DNA of 64,000 nt from an uncultured virus (IMG/VR IMGVR_UViG_3300025915_000006) (IMGVR_UViG_3300025915_000006); one strand, 5' to 3'; shown: positions 45,763-56,551, counted from the first letter of the stretch. The notes: a model not told the origin generated them from the sequence alone. Made by a program: numbers and translations.

Positions 45763-46089
45763 CTACTTCGCCAGCGCGCGCCAGAACGCGGCGGAAATCT
45801 CGCTCCACGAAGCGCCGAGCAAAATCAGCTTCAACGCGCCCCAGCAGGCGACGCAGATAAGCACGAACTTGGCGAACCGTGTTCCGAAGGCGCCTATCCT
45901 TCCGATGGTCCTGATCCCCGCCGCCATCGTGCGCATCGCGTCAATGACGGGCAGTGTTTCCGCGCGCCAGTCCTGCACGTCTTTCTTCAGTTCGGCGGTA
46001 AGCTGGGTATTTGCCGCGATGGAATTCTTCAGGGCTTGAATATCCCTCTCCACGCTTTCGATGCGCTCGTCGTCCCGCTTTGCGCTCAT
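45763..46089 (-). CDS. Coiled coil + C-terminal TM protein (holin/antiholin candidate)
   Basis: Directly upstream of the endolysin. Confidence 0.55.
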   Translation of the reverse strand: MSAKRDDERIESVERDIQALKNSIAANTQLTAELKKDVQDWRAETLPVIDAMRTMAAGIRTIGRIGAFGTRFAKFVLICVACWGALKLILLGASWSEISAAFWRALAK

Positions 46090-46119
46090 TCATGAGGCCC
46101 GGTTGTCTGGCGTGGAAAT

Positions 46120-46149
46120 GAAAAACGGCCCCGAAGGGCCGCTGTTTTT
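46120..46149 (-). terminator. Intrinsic terminator-like hairpin after the tail genes
   Basis: Minus strand CGGCCC-TTCG-GGGCCG-TTTTT. Confidence 0.75.
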
Positions 46150-46163
46150 CGTGAAGCGGTAGG

Positions 46164-47012
46164 TCAGTTCTCTTCGATCTGCATGCGCTTGGTCAGACGA
46201 CTTACCTGGCGACCGATGGCGTCCAAACTGGAGAACGTGCCGTTGATGGTGCCGTCGCGTTCCTGCCTTCCGCCAATACCTGGGAACAGAGAAATCGCCA
46301 TGTCCTGCGTCGTCTGGGCGATCTTCATGATGTCCAGTGCGGTGGGCATTTCATCTTCGCTGATCGAGTTGAAATTCATGTCTACCGTAGCCCAGCGACC
46401 GCCGCGACTGCCTTGTTTCGATCCACCGCGTGTCCTTACCGATTCATCGTTCTGGCCGAGCCCGTAACTCAGTCCATAATCCGGATTGACCGTAGGCTCC
46501 CAGTAATTGCCGACGAAAGGTCTGCCGACTTGCCAGAAAGCGTAGCCGTAGGTCGTGCTCTTGCTGCTGAAGTCCCACTGCACGCTTTTGACGCCCGCGG
46601 CTTGCGCGAAGAACACGGAGTATGGCGACTCGGTCCCAAGCGGATCGTGCGTGTCTGAATCAGCAACATCGGCAAAGCCGAAATCGTACCCGGTGGAAAC
46701 CGGCGTGTAGACAGCGTTCGTGCCGGTATCGACGAGCAGCGTTCCCGTCCAGTCATTGTTCGACCATGCGCGAAACTGCGCGCTCCCGCCGTGGCAGTGA
46801 TGCATGAACAGAGCCGCCCAGTTGATCGTGATGCTGCCGCTCGCCATTGATCCTTTGAGCGACTGACCGGTTGCGTCGGGCGAGCGCCAGAACGACGAGC
46901 GATCGGTATTCTGGGTGTTCGTGTACTCGAAGCCGGTTGCCGGCGCAATGGAACCCGATAGCGTCATCAGGTCCCAGAAGTTGCGCGGGGCGAGGCGGAC
47001 GTTAGCGGTCAT
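46164..47012 (-). CDS. Minor tail protein
   Basis: NTQN..SSFWRS, QVGRPFVG.YWEP..N..YG, RTRGG, IEE terminus. Confidence 0.7.
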   Translation of the reverse strand: MTANVRLAPRNFWDLMTLSGSIAPATGFEYTNTQNTDRSSFWRSPDATGQSLKGSMASGSITINWAALFMHHCHGGSAQFRAWSNNDWTGTLLVDTGTNAVYTPVSTGYDFGFADVADSDTHDPLGTESPYSVFFAQAAGVKSVQWDFSSKSTTYGYAFWQVGRPFVGNYWEPTVNPDYGLSYGLGQNDESVRTRGGSKQGSRGGRWATVDMNFNSISEDEMPTALDIMKIAQTTQDMAISLFPGIGGRQERDGTINGTFSSLDAIGRQVSRLTKRMQIEEN

Positions 47013-47782
47013 GCCTGCCACTCCACGAGGATCGCTCCATTGCCGCCGCTGCCGCCAACTCCTGTGCCTGGCGATGCCAGAGGCGCCGCACCGCCGCCGC
47101 CACCTCCAGCACCATAAGACGTCGCTGGAGCATTTGCGCCGGTAGTCGCGATGTGCGTGCGCGAGCCATTCCCGCCGGCCGCGCCCGGACCGAACATCGA
47201 CGCGGCCCCTCCGCCGCCGCCGCCCTCCGTCAAGCCGCTCGTGGCTCCGCCCGCTCCCCCGGCGTTTCCATGCACCGTCGCGCCATTAGCGCCCGGACCC
47301 GCTCCGCCGTTTCCACCACCACCGCCGCCGCCGCCGCCGCCGCCGATGTTCGAACCCTTGCGTCCAGCGACGCCGGGGCCAGCAGCTGCTTGCGTCGGAT
47401 TCGATGGAGTCCCGCTTCCGGCGCCGCCGTTGACACCGCCGCCGTTTGTACCGAAGCCGGTCGACGTGATCGCCACGGTCCCGCCTGCGGCAGAGAAGGG
47501 ACCAAACGTCGTTGCGCCGCCCGCCGTACCGACCGCCGAGTCGCCGCTTCCGCCGCTCCCGCCAGTTCCGATGTTTCCGCTGACCGTTCCGCTCGGCGTT
47601 ACATGCAATGGAGCGCGTTCGATATTCTCGCCCGAACTGCCGCCGCCGCCGCCCACGCTAGAACCGCCGCTAGAGCCGCCTGACCCAGCGCCTGTCATCG
47701 TCACGCGAATCAGCGAAACGCCGGCGGGAACGTTGAACGTCACTGCTCCGGCGCCGGTTAAGAGTTGCGACCGCGTCGTCAC
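47009..47782 (-). CDS. Glycine-rich adhesin-like protein
   Basis: FNVPAGVS.IRVTMTGAGSGG..GGNGAILVEW. Confidence 0.75.
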   Translation of the reverse strand: MTTRSQLLTGAGAVTFNVPAGVSLIRVTMTGAGSGGSSGGSSVGGGGGSSGENIERAPLHVTPSGTVSGNIGTGGSGGSGDSAVGTAGGATTFGPFSAAGGTVAITSTGFGTNGGGVNGGAGSGTPSNPTQAAAGPGVAGRKGSNIGGGGGGGGGGGNGGAGPGANGATVHGNAGGAGGATSGLTEGGGGGGAASMFGPGAAGGNGSRTHIATTGANAPATSYGAGGGGGGAAPLASPGTGVGGSGGNGAILVEWQA

Positions 47783-49212
47783 GCGACGTACTCGAACAGG
47801 AAGTAGCCCTTGGCGCCGTTGCCGCCAGCAGCCTCCGAACCCGTGAGACCACCAGCCCCGCCACCGCCCGCGCCGTACGATGTTGACGCGGCCGCCGTGC
47901 CTGCAACGCCACCGTTGCCGCCGATCCCACCGAGACCGTAGGGCGTGGACGCGCCGCCGCCGCCGCCGCCCTGCGTCGATGCGCTCGTGCCGCCCGCCGC
48001 GCCGGCAGGATAGCCGCCAGACGGTCCGCCAGCAGCGCCATTGCCGCCGGTAGTCGTGGAACCGCCGCCACCTGCGGAGCCGCCCCAGTGCGTCGGCGAT
48101 TCGCCCGCTCCGAGCGCGCCCGTGCCGGCGCCTCCAGCGGCACCTGCGCCGCCGCCGCCCGTGCCGCCCGTGCTCGCCGCTGAACCCTTGCCTCCCTTGC
48201 CGCCCTTGGCGGTGAATGTGATCGGACCCGCGAAGACCGTGTCGCCGCCGTCTCCGCCATCCGCCGCCGATCCGCCGGCAGGGGCGACGCCAGCGGCCCC
48301 GATCGTCACGGCATACGTCGCGCCCGCAACGACATTGACCGGGAGGCCGACCACCTGCTCGCCCGCGCCACCGCCGCCGGCACCGAGAGCGCTGGCGCGC
48401 GTTCCGCCTGCGCCGCCAGCGCCGATCATGGTGATGCGGCCATTGGTGACGTTAGCCGGGATCGTGATGTTTCCCGAAGACGTGAGTTCGATCGACTTCG
48501 TCGTCGGGGTGATGGGAAGACCGCCTTGGAGCGTCATGGCAAACCACGACGTTCCGAGCCCGTTGTTGACGTTGAGCGAGCCGCCGGAATCCTGCAAACC
48601 GAGCAGTTCGACGTAGTCGGTGACCGCAAGGTCATAGACGCAATGCACGCCCAGACGACTCGGGTCAGCGCCCGAAGATGTCAGACGATTTTCTTCGCCA
48701 ATGATCGTCGTGCCATTCAGGCGGATGCGCAGTTGTCGCTTGCCCGTGGCATTAGCAAGAAATTCCGCGATGCCCTGAATGACGTACTTGCCCGCGACCT
48801 GACACGTAAGCCTGCCTGTGTTCGAGGCGTTGTCGTGAATCGAACTCGTGTCATACGACTCGGTATCGAAGACGAGGACTGTTTCAGTATTGTTGGCGAG
48901 CAATTGCTGCGAGGAAGCGTACACGCGCGCCGCTTCTATCGTTGCGCCGCCGGAACCTCCAGCGCTCGCCGCCCACTTGATCCCGGTTGCCTGCGTGCTA
49001 TCGGCGGTCAGGACGAACGTGTCCGTGCCAACGCCAAGCCGCGCGCCGGTCGTTGAATAGGTGTAGAGGTCGCCCTTGGTCGTCAACGGCGATCCGCGCA
49101 GATCACCAGCAGCGACATTTTTCGTCGTCCCGCCCTGATCGCAGGGGATGAGTTCGCTTCCAGTGAGCGGAACCGTCGCTGCTGGCAACCCGGTAATCGT
49201 GCTGTCGGCCAT
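47779..49212 (-). CDS. Tail fibre with C1q-like and glycine-rich domains
   Basis: ITGLPAA, LTTKGDL, FDTESYD..GRLTCQVAGKY, then Gly-rich repeats. Confidence 0.75.
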   Translation of the reverse strand: MADSTITGLPAATVPLTGSELIPCDQGGTTKNVAAGDLRGSPLTTKGDLYTYSTTGARLGVGTDTFVLTADSTQATGIKWAASAGGSGGATIEAARVYASSQQLLANNTETVLVFDTESYDTSSIHDNASNTGRLTCQVAGKYVIQGIAEFLANATGKRQLRIRLNGTTIIGEENRLTSSGADPSRLGVHCVYDLAVTDYVELLGLQDSGGSLNVNNGLGTSWFAMTLQGGLPITPTTKSIELTSSGNITIPANVTNGRITMIGAGGAGGTRASALGAGGGGAGEQVVGLPVNVVAGATYAVTIGAAGVAPAGGSAADGGDGGDTVFAGPITFTAKGGKGGKGSAASTGGTGGGGAGAAGGAGTGALGAGESPTHWGGSAGGGGSTTTGGNGAAGGPSGGYPAGAAGGTSASTQGGGGGGASTPYGLGGIGGNGGVAGTAAASTSYGAGGGGAGGLTGSEAAGGNGAKGYFLFEYVA

Positions 49213-50871
49213 TTACGCTACGACCCTGATTCGGTCGCCATTTAATTGAAGGATGTTGTCGAGGTTGACGAGTTGCATCAGAAAGCTGTCGGCCGCGTCG
49301 GTGCCCGATGCCTCGCGCCGATACGCCAGCGTCAGCCCTACCGATTCCGTATTGAGGTCCAGCGCAACCGACGTGACCTGCATCGCAGGGCCGCTGTCCA
49401 GGGCATAGCGATCGAGCGTCAGCGTAACGATGTCGCCGAGTTCAAGCGCATAAGCCCTGATCCCGACCGTGATGTCGATCAGTTGCAGCCACGACAGGAG
49501 TTGCTTGCGCTTGGCTTCCGCGAAGTTCGCGAGACTCACCAGGCAATCCGCGTCCAGCTCGGCCGAAATCAGCGTGGCAAAAACCGGCGACGGCCCCATC
49601 GTCGTGTGATACAGGCGCGGGTTATCGACGTAGCTCGTCCCGGTTGGAACCGGCCCCGAATAGGGCAAAGCGTCCCGCGTATACAGCCCGCGCGTGTTCT
49701 GGTCGATCGTGATGCCGGCCAACTGGTCCGCGGTCTGTACGGTGTAATTCTTGTTGCCGCTGCAAAATATCTGATCGTAGAGCGGGATGACCTCTTCGAC
49801 CTTGATCGCGTTGGCCGGCTTGATGTCGTCCGCGACCAAGGACAGGACAGGTGCGGAGGCCGGGTTGTACGGGAAAATCCTGCCATAGGTCGGACCACCG
49901 AAACGGTCGAAGCCATAAAACGTGTTGGTCGACGTCGCGACGTTGTTCAGCACGTCGACGAGGTTCTGTGGCTCGCGGATCGACAGTCCGAGCGGATAGT
50001 CGTAATCGGATCCTGGAACAAACGTCGAATGCGGCGCCGCGCCGCCGAATCCGCCGTAGACGTGAAACAGCACCGAATAGATTCCCGAGGTCTTGAAGCC
50101 AACGCTCCAACTCGGAACATAGCCGAGCAGGTCAGCCGTGACCGTTCCGTCGGGCGAGAAAGCAATCGGGAACGAACCGCCGGGATTGTCTCCGAGCCCG
50201 CCGGCTAGCGGATCGCCACGAATCCGCTTCGCGGTCATGAAGCCGTGTGTCGTCCCGTCACTGAACGCGTAAGTGTTCGTCGCTTGGTCGGTAAGCAGGC
50301 ACTCGACGTTATGCACCCAGCCGATATTGATCGGCAGGGGTTTCCCGGCATTCGGGCCCGTTCCGCCGACCGGAAGCCCACCGATGTTGCGGTCGAGCAA
50401 ATAGGAGGCATCCTTGACGTTGAACTGAATCGTCGTCGGATCGGGAACCGCAATCGATGCTCCGACACAGGTGAACATCAGGCGAAAATCGGCCTTCGCC
50501 CAACTCAAATCGCCATAGTAGATGCGATTCGCCGAGCCGTCATAGGCAAAGCCGAGAATTGCATCCTGCGCGCCGTTGGCGTTGGCAATAACCCCGTTAC
50601 CGAACGATGCCGAGTAGATGCCGCCCAGCCGCGCCCGGTCCAGACTGCGCGTGAACGTCGGGGCCGTGATGACGCAATCGGTGTATCGCTGATTCGCCGG
50701 GGTATCGGTCGCCGAAGACACGAACCCCGGATGATCGGCGAAGTAGAGCGTGTTGGTTACCGGCGCTCCCGCGACCTCCGCGATGTAGTCGATCTCCCAC
50801 AAGATGACCTTGGTAACTCCAGCATCTTTTCGGCGCAGCCAAACGGCGAACTGCGCGTCGGAAATGCTCAT
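49213..50871 (-). CDS. Tail tip/hub protein
   Basis: Follows the tape measure; GKPLPINIGWVHNVEC, LELGDIVTL. Confidence 0.7.
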   Translation of the reverse strand: MSISDAQFAVWLRRKDAGVTKVILWEIDYIAEVAGAPVTNTLYFADHPGFVSSATDTPANQRYTDCVITAPTFTRSLDRARLGGIYSASFGNGVIANANGAQDAILGFAYDGSANRIYYGDLSWAKADFRLMFTCVGASIAVPDPTTIQFNVKDASYLLDRNIGGLPVGGTGPNAGKPLPINIGWVHNVECLLTDQATNTYAFSDGTTHGFMTAKRIRGDPLAGGLGDNPGGSFPIAFSPDGTVTADLLGYVPSWSVGFKTSGIYSVLFHVYGGFGGAAPHSTFVPGSDYDYPLGLSIREPQNLVDVLNNVATSTNTFYGFDRFGGPTYGRIFPYNPASAPVLSLVADDIKPANAIKVEEVIPLYDQIFCSGNKNYTVQTADQLAGITIDQNTRGLYTRDALPYSGPVPTGTSYVDNPRLYHTTMGPSPVFATLISAELDADCLVSLANFAEAKRKQLLSWLQLIDITVGIRAYALELGDIVTLTLDRYALDSGPAMQVTSVALDLNTESVGLTLAYRREASGTDAADSFLMQLVNLDNILQLNGDRIRVVA

Positions 50872-53800
50872 CGTTGCGGCGTTGAGGCGACCAGCAGATT
50901 CGCTGCGGTGAGCGTCGCGGCGGTCTGGAGCTGCGCATCCTTGGTCGCGGCATTGGCGATCGCCGTCAGCAGTTGCTGCATCGTCGTTTGCAGCGTCTTC
51001 GTAGCCGCAGTACTGGCGGCTACGTCGGCGGACGATGCGAGCTTGGAATCGGTCGGAAGGGCTGAAGCAATGGCAACCGTCGCGCTCATCGTGGTCGGCA
51101 GAGGCAGGCCATTGGGTCCTGTGCCAGCGAGCGGTGCCAAGTCCTTCGTGACCTCGTTGAACACATTTAGATAGTTCGACGGGTCGAAGCTTTGCGCCTG
51201 CTTGAGAAAGGCATCGGCCAGTTGCGTAATGTCACCCAACGCAGCCTGTCGGCTTGCCGTGTCGGTATTGCTCGGCTGCGCCTTGGCGAGATCGTCCAGA
51301 AACGCGTTTTGCGCGGCGTTGAGTTGCTGGTTCGGTGTGAGGGGCGATAGCGAACCGACCTGCAGTCCCTTCAGATAGTCGGCGATGCCCTGCTGCAGCC
51401 GCGCCATCTGATCGAGCGCGCCACTTACTCCACTTGAAACGCCGGCGACGATCGCGTCCCAGCGCTGCTGAAACAGCGTATTGACCGCTGCGAGATCGTC
51501 GGGGAAGCCCTGGAAGATCGCATCCTGCTGGTTGCGCCAGATTTCCAGGTTGACGAGCTGCTCGGCGCGTGAGGCATCGTAAAGCGCCGACAACCGATTG
51601 AACTCGGCAAGTTGCGTCGTCAGGTCCGCGTCGCTGCCTTTGAGCGTATTGACGTAAGCGGCGAACGCCGTATCCGAGCCGAACTGCGACGTATCGGCCT
51701 GCGCGTTCTTGATCGCCGAGTTGATGAGCCCGATCTGGATCGACAGCTTCGCGCCGAAGTCCCCGGTGGAATTGCCGGCCAGTGACGAGATATTGCTAAG
51801 CAGCGTCGTCGCCATGCCATCGGCTTGACTGATGAGACTGCCGACCGACACGGTCATCGAGTTCGTGGCTGCGTTGACGGCAGCCGCGGCATTCGTTGCA
51901 GCCGTTCCGAATCCGCCGACGGAGTCGATGAGGTCGCCGAGAATCGGAATGACGGCCTCGATCGCCTTGGCCTGATCGCTGTTCGCGCCATAGAGTGCGA
52001 TCGTCTCGCTCACCAGGTCACGGACGCCCTGCACGGTCGATGGAATGATGTCGAGTCCGAAGTGCGTCAGCACGGCATTGAGCGTCGTGCCGGCTGCGCT
52101 CGCGGTCTGCAGTTGCGTCTCGTCGACCGTCTGCCGATTTTGCAACTGCTCGGCCGGCGTGAGGAAGTGCTGCTGATAGTAGGCAAGCCCAGTGTTGGCG
52201 AGCTGATTCAGCGCCTGCGCGGCCTGATCCGCGGTGCCCGCGACCTGGACGAACAGCGGCGCGAGCGCGAGAATCGACGCGTACATCTTGTTGCTGGCGT
52301 CGCTTCCGTCCGTGAACGAGTTGAGCAGGTTGAGGAATGCCTGATGCGTCGCCGGAACGGTCAGCCCGAGATTGGCGAAATCGGTATTGAGGAGCGCCTG
52401 CGCCGCGTTGGCCTTGTCGGCGCTCGTCGTGAAGTTCGCCTGCAGATATGTCATCTGCGTAAGCGCGGCTTGCGCACCGCCCAAGGCATCGATGAACGCC
52501 GTCATCTGCGCTGGATTCAGCGCTTCCAGCTTTGGTCCGAGTCCACTGATCGAGTCGCCGAACTGGCTGACGATAGTGACGAACGCCAGAACCTTGTCGG
52601 CGGTCGCCTGTGTTGCATCGGAAAGTGCCGCGTCGACCTTGGAAGTGAAGTCGATATTGCCGATCTGCTTCGTCGCGTCGAAGATGCCGAGCAGCGAATT
52701 GCTGAACGTCGACACCTCGTCGGCCGTGCCGTGAAACGCCGCCGCGACGGAGCCCAAGGCGGGATCGAGCACGTTGAAGGCAGCGGTAACGACTTGCTGC
52801 AACACCTGACCGCCGTACTTCTGGAGGAAGTCCTGTGTGGTGAACGTGCCCGATTCGCTCGCGAACGTCGTGCCTTGCAGGATCGTGGCGAGACGTGACG
52901 ACTGTTCCGGCGAGAAGCGTTGCTGAAACGCATCCAAGGCCCCGGCAATCACCTTGTTCAACACTTGCGCCGCATCGCCGGAGAATTGCTGCGTGTTCGC
53001 ATCGTTGAATCCCAAGTTTCCGAAAGACGACGACGTGAACGCGTTGTCTTCGAAGCCGGTCGTCGTCGGCGATACCTGGAACTGGCCCTTGACCTCGGAA
53101 GGCTTGCTGCTAAACAGACCGGAAATGAGCGGGATCGCGAGGCCGAGGATGGGCAGGAACGGTGCCGCAGCGGCTAGGAATGTACCCGCGCCGGTAAGCG
53201 TCGTTTCCAGCGCTGCGGGAATGGATGCAGCGGCCTCTTCGCCTGCGCCTGTAGCGAGAATGCCGGACGGCGCCGAGAGCCCGATCGCCTGACCGACGCT
53301 GCTCGTCTCGAACGAATTGACGAGGCCGCCGGTGCCGGGAATGCCCTTGCCGCCCGTGAGCAACTGCATGATCTGGTTGACCGACGAGCCGCCCTGACCG
53401 AATAACTGATTCGCAGCATTCGCCGCAGTTGTTCCGAAACTCGGGGCAAGCGAGATGATGATCTGCTGCGCCGCTATTTCGGCAAACGCTTTCAGCGCCC
53501 ACGTCTTGAAGTCTGACCATAGCGTTTGAAACGCCGAACTGCCGTGCGTGACGAAGTTCTCGATGAACGTCGCGCCTTCGTCGGCCGCGGATTGCAGCGT
53601 GCTCTTCCATGCATCGAGCGACTTCGTCAGTTGCTCGCCAGTGAATAGCGTTTCCGCGAGCTTCCTCTGCGCGTCTGCCTGCGCGAGCAAGTCGTTGATG
53701 CGCTCCTGACTGCCGTTGTGCAGCGTCTCGTAAGCCGCAGCCTCCTGAAGTTGCGCGGCGATGAATAGATGCGTCTGCGATGCCGAAAGTCCGATGACCA

Positions 53801-55871
53801 GATTCGCCTGCGTCTGCTGCGCAATTTGATCGTTGATCGACTTGACGCTCGCTTCGTATGCTGCATTGACTTGGTGCAACTGCTCTACATTGTCTTTTCC
53901 TGCTTCCGTGCCTTTACTGATCGTGTCGTTAAGATGATCCTGCGCGACCGTCAGCGCAGCGTTGGCGGGAATCAGTTTGTTATAGAGCGCATAAACGGTA
54001 TTCAGGAAATCGTTATAGCTCGCGAATTTTGCAGGATCGAGCGCGGCAATCTGCGCCTGAATGCCGGAGACAAGCGCCTGCTGCTGATCGATCGCAACCT
54101 GTTCGTTCTGCGCCTGAACGTCGATGCCCTGTTTCTGAACCGCCATCAGTTGATCGTAGTAATGCTGGAAGTCGATGACGCCGCGATCATACTGACGTTT
54201 GATCGCGTCTTCCTGCTGCGTGAGCCCAAGCAGTTGACTCGTCGCGTCGGCGCCGGAAACTGCCTTCGTCGCAGCGACCTGGGCCGCCGAATACTTCTCC
54301 TGCTCGATGGTCAGTTTCGCAATGGCCGCTTGCTGATCCTTGATCTTCTGCACGTCCTGCTCGCGCCATGAAGCGATCTGCGCGGCTATCTCAATGGCTT
54401 CCTTCGTCTTGGCGTTGAACGTATCCCATACCGCGGCATTTGCCTTGAGGCCGGCGAGATACTTTTCTGCCTGCGTAATCTTCGTGCCCGAAAACAGATC
54501 GTCCAGTTCCGCGCTCGCTGCCGCCGCCTGTTTCTGGAATTCGAGCAGCGCCTGCGCAGCCTGATCGATGCCGCCTGTCGCGGCGCCGCTAAAGCCACTG
54601 CTTGGCTTCTTTCCTGGTGCCTGCGCTGCATTGCCGAATAGCCTGCGGTCCGTGCTATCAGCATTCAATGGCAGAGTCGCCTGTGCAGCCATTGCGGCAG
54701 CGAACTTGCCGTTGAACGACGTTATCTTCGCGAACTCATCTTCGAGCGCAGTCGACAGTGCGGTCTTGTTGGAGCCCCATGCGGCCGCCCACGCTTTGTT
54801 AGCGGACACGAGATCGGCGTTGCGCTTTGCAAGCATCGTATTGAGTTCATCGTTCGCTTGCTTCAGCGCGTCGCCGCCGAGGAACGATGCGGCGCCTACC
54901 TTGAAGATGGCGTAAAGCGTCTCAATGTCGTCGCCGACAACGCGCACGGAACTGCCAAACGCGTAAAACGCTTGCCCGATCGCCACCAGAGATTCGCCGA
55001 TGACGGCCCCGCCGATCGCGATCTTCAACGCCCACTTGGTAAACGAATCGTCCTCGGCAAATCCTTTCAACGTTCCCCGCAGGCCGTCGGCACCCGCTCC
55101 AGTAGCGGTGAATGCTTTGATAAGGTCCGATAACGCTGGAACGAGCGAAGCGGCAATCGTCGCCTTGAGTTGATCGCCTGCCAACTGCAACGTGCGCCAC
55201 TGGTCTTCCAGATCGTGCGCCGCCTTGACCTGCTGGTCCGAATACAACGCCTGCACCTGCGCTTCGTCGCCAAGCTGCTTTAGGAACGGCAACAGTTGTT
55301 GTGCTCCCTTGCCTAGCAAGGCAATCGCCGCGGCTGTCTTGGTGCCGTCGTCGGCGAACTCGTTCATGTGTTTCGCCAGTTCGACCAGGCCCTGCGTGGG
55401 ATTGGCGAGCAGTCGTCCTGCGTCCGTGGCGTTGAAGCCGAGCGCCTGCAACGCCTTACCCGCGGCGTTCGTGCCGTCACCGATCGATGCAAGGTTCTTG
55501 CTGAAACGGCCCGACGCCTGCGCGACTTCATCCAACCCTGTCCCTGACAGCTTCGCTGCGGGAATGAGCGCCGACAGTTCGCTCGCTGTCGTTCCAACTT
55601 TGACCGCCAAGTCCTGCAAGGACGCTTGCGCCTCAATGGAGCCAGTCACCATGTCCGCGAGACCCTTGATGCTGAAGCCGAGAATCGCGGCCTCGCCCAA
55701 GGTCTTCAACGACGAAACAACGCCGCCGATCCGATCATCCAGGTCGGAAAACTGCCCAGCCATCTCCTTGGCGCTGCGCGAGACAATATCTGCAGCCTGC
55801 TGCATCCCTGTGTAAAGGGAGGCAATGTCGGCAGAGACATTGACCGAGAGATCGCCGACGCTAGTCGACAT
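50868..55871 (-). CDS. Tape measure protein (about 1667 aa)
   Basis: VGDLSVNVSAD start, Ala/Gln-rich helical sequence, after the tail chaperones. Confidence 0.92.
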   Translation of the reverse strand: MSTSVGDLSVNVSADIASLYTGMQQAADIVSRSAKEMAGQFSDLDDRIGGVVSSLKTLGEAAILGFSIKGLADMVTGSIEAQASLQDLAVKVGTTASELSALIPAAKLSGTGLDEVAQASGRFSKNLASIGDGTNAAGKALQALGFNATDAGRLLANPTQGLVELAKHMNEFADDGTKTAAAIALLGKGAQQLLPFLKQLGDEAQVQALYSDQQVKAAHDLEDQWRTLQLAGDQLKATIAASLVPALSDLIKAFTATGAGADGLRGTLKGFAEDDSFTKWALKIAIGGAVIGESLVAIGQAFYAFGSSVRVVGDDIETLYAIFKVGAASFLGGDALKQANDELNTMLAKRNADLVSANKAWAAAWGSNKTALSTALEDEFAKITSFNGKFAAAMAAQATLPLNADSTDRRLFGNAAQAPGKKPSSGFSGAATGGIDQAAQALLEFQKQAAAASAELDDLFSGTKITQAEKYLAGLKANAAVWDTFNAKTKEAIEIAAQIASWREQDVQKIKDQQAAIAKLTIEQEKYSAAQVAATKAVSGADATSQLLGLTQQEDAIKRQYDRGVIDFQHYYDQLMAVQKQGIDVQAQNEQVAIDQQQALVSGIQAQIAALDPAKFASYNDFLNTVYALYNKLIPANAALTVAQDHLNDTISKGTEAGKDNVEQLHQVNAAYEASVKSINDQIAQQTQANLVIGLSASQTHLFIAAQLQEAAAYETLHNGSQERINDLLAQADAQRKLAETLFTGEQLTKSLDAWKSTLQSAADEGATFIENFVTHGSSAFQTLWSDFKTWALKAFAEIAAQQIIISLAPSFGTTAANAANQLFGQGGSSVNQIMQLLTGGKGIPGTGGLVNSFETSSVGQAIGLSAPSGILATGAGEEAAASIPAALETTLTGAGTFLAAAAPFLPILGLAIPLISGLFSSKPSEVKGQFQVSPTTTGFEDNAFTSSSFGNLGFNDANTQQFSGDAAQVLNKVIAGALDAFQQRFSPEQSSRLATILQGTTFASESGTFTTQDFLQKYGGQVLQQVVTAAFNVLDPALGSVAAAFHGTADEVSTFSNSLLGIFDATKQIGNIDFTSKVDAALSDATQATADKVLAFVTIVSQFGDSISGLGPKLEALNPAQMTAFIDALGGAQAALTQMTYLQANFTTSADKANAAQALLNTDFANLGLTVPATHQAFLNLLNSFTDGSDASNKMYASILALAPLFVQVAGTADQAAQALNQLANTGLAYYQQHFLTPAEQLQNRQTVDETQLQTASAAGTTLNAVLTHFGLDIIPSTVQGVRDLVSETIALYGANSDQAKAIEAVIPILGDLIDSVGGFGTAATNAAAAVNAATNSMTVSVGSLISQADGMATTLLSNISSLAGNSTGDFGAKLSIQIGLINSAIKNAQADTSQFGSDTAFAAYVNTLKGSDADLTTQLAEFNRLSALYDASRAEQLVNLEIWRNQQDAIFQGFPDDLAAVNTLFQQRWDAIVAGVSSGVSGALDQMARLQQGIADYLKGLQVGSLSPLTPNQQLNAAQNAFLDDLAKAQPSNTDTASRQAALGDITQLADAFLKQAQSFDPSNYLNVFNEVTKDLAPLAGTGPNGLPLPTTMSATVAIASALPTDSKLASSADVAASTAATKTLQTTMQQLLTAIANAATKDAQLQTAATLTAANLLVASTPQR

Positions 55872-56504
55872 GCTTGACGCCCGCCTTGGCAAAGAACCAC
55901 GTCACGGTCGCCGCATCGATCTTGGCACCATCCGCTGGGACTTCTTCGGCTTTCCGCGCGACCTGTTTCCAGAGCATGAAGTCCTCTAAGCCGAAGGGTT
56001 CGCTGCGTTTCTTGGGATCACGATTGATGTTCGCCAAGGTCGATACAAGGTGAGCGCTGCGGACGTTCTTGGGCCAGTCTCCCCACGGTTCCATCTGATA
56101 GAACTCGGCCCACAACGCGATTTCCTCATAGGAATAGTCGAGAATCTCTTCGACGCTCCGTCCATGCAGGGCCGCAAGGCGATACATGAACAGCAGTGAC
56201 GGGTCGTCGGCTAGGCGTTTTTTGCCTCTTCCTTTTTCGGCGGCATCATCGCGGCGTTAAGCTGTTGCAGCACCGCCCAATCCTTGTCGAGGATTTCTTC
56301 GATACGATCCTTGGTGATCGGCGAGCCGTCCTCATTCACCACGCATTCAGCAAGCAATTCATGGCTCGACTGCTCGTTGCTCAGGCTGTTGCTCTTCGCC
56401 TTGTCGGACTGCTTCAGCATCAAGCGGCCAGAAGGCTTGCGGTAAAAATAGGTTTCGGTAACGTCGTCGCAAGTAACTTCCAGCGAATAAATCTTCCGTG
56501 CCAT
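55861..56504 (-). CDS. Tail assembly chaperone G (56211-56504) and GT fusion by -1 frameshift
   Basis: Slippery A-AAA-AAC at 56217-56223; the -1 frame reads RLADDPSLLFMYRLA..W.EFYQMEPWG. Confidence 0.85.
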
Positions 56505-56551
56505 TTAAGAACTCCTTCGAGGGTTCAGCGACCCTCGAAGGAGGACCGCTG

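Noticed and set aside
46164..50871. Diversity-generating retroelement or invertible tail-fibre cassette
   Set aside because: No reverse transcriptase, invertase or TR/VR repeat pair was seen.
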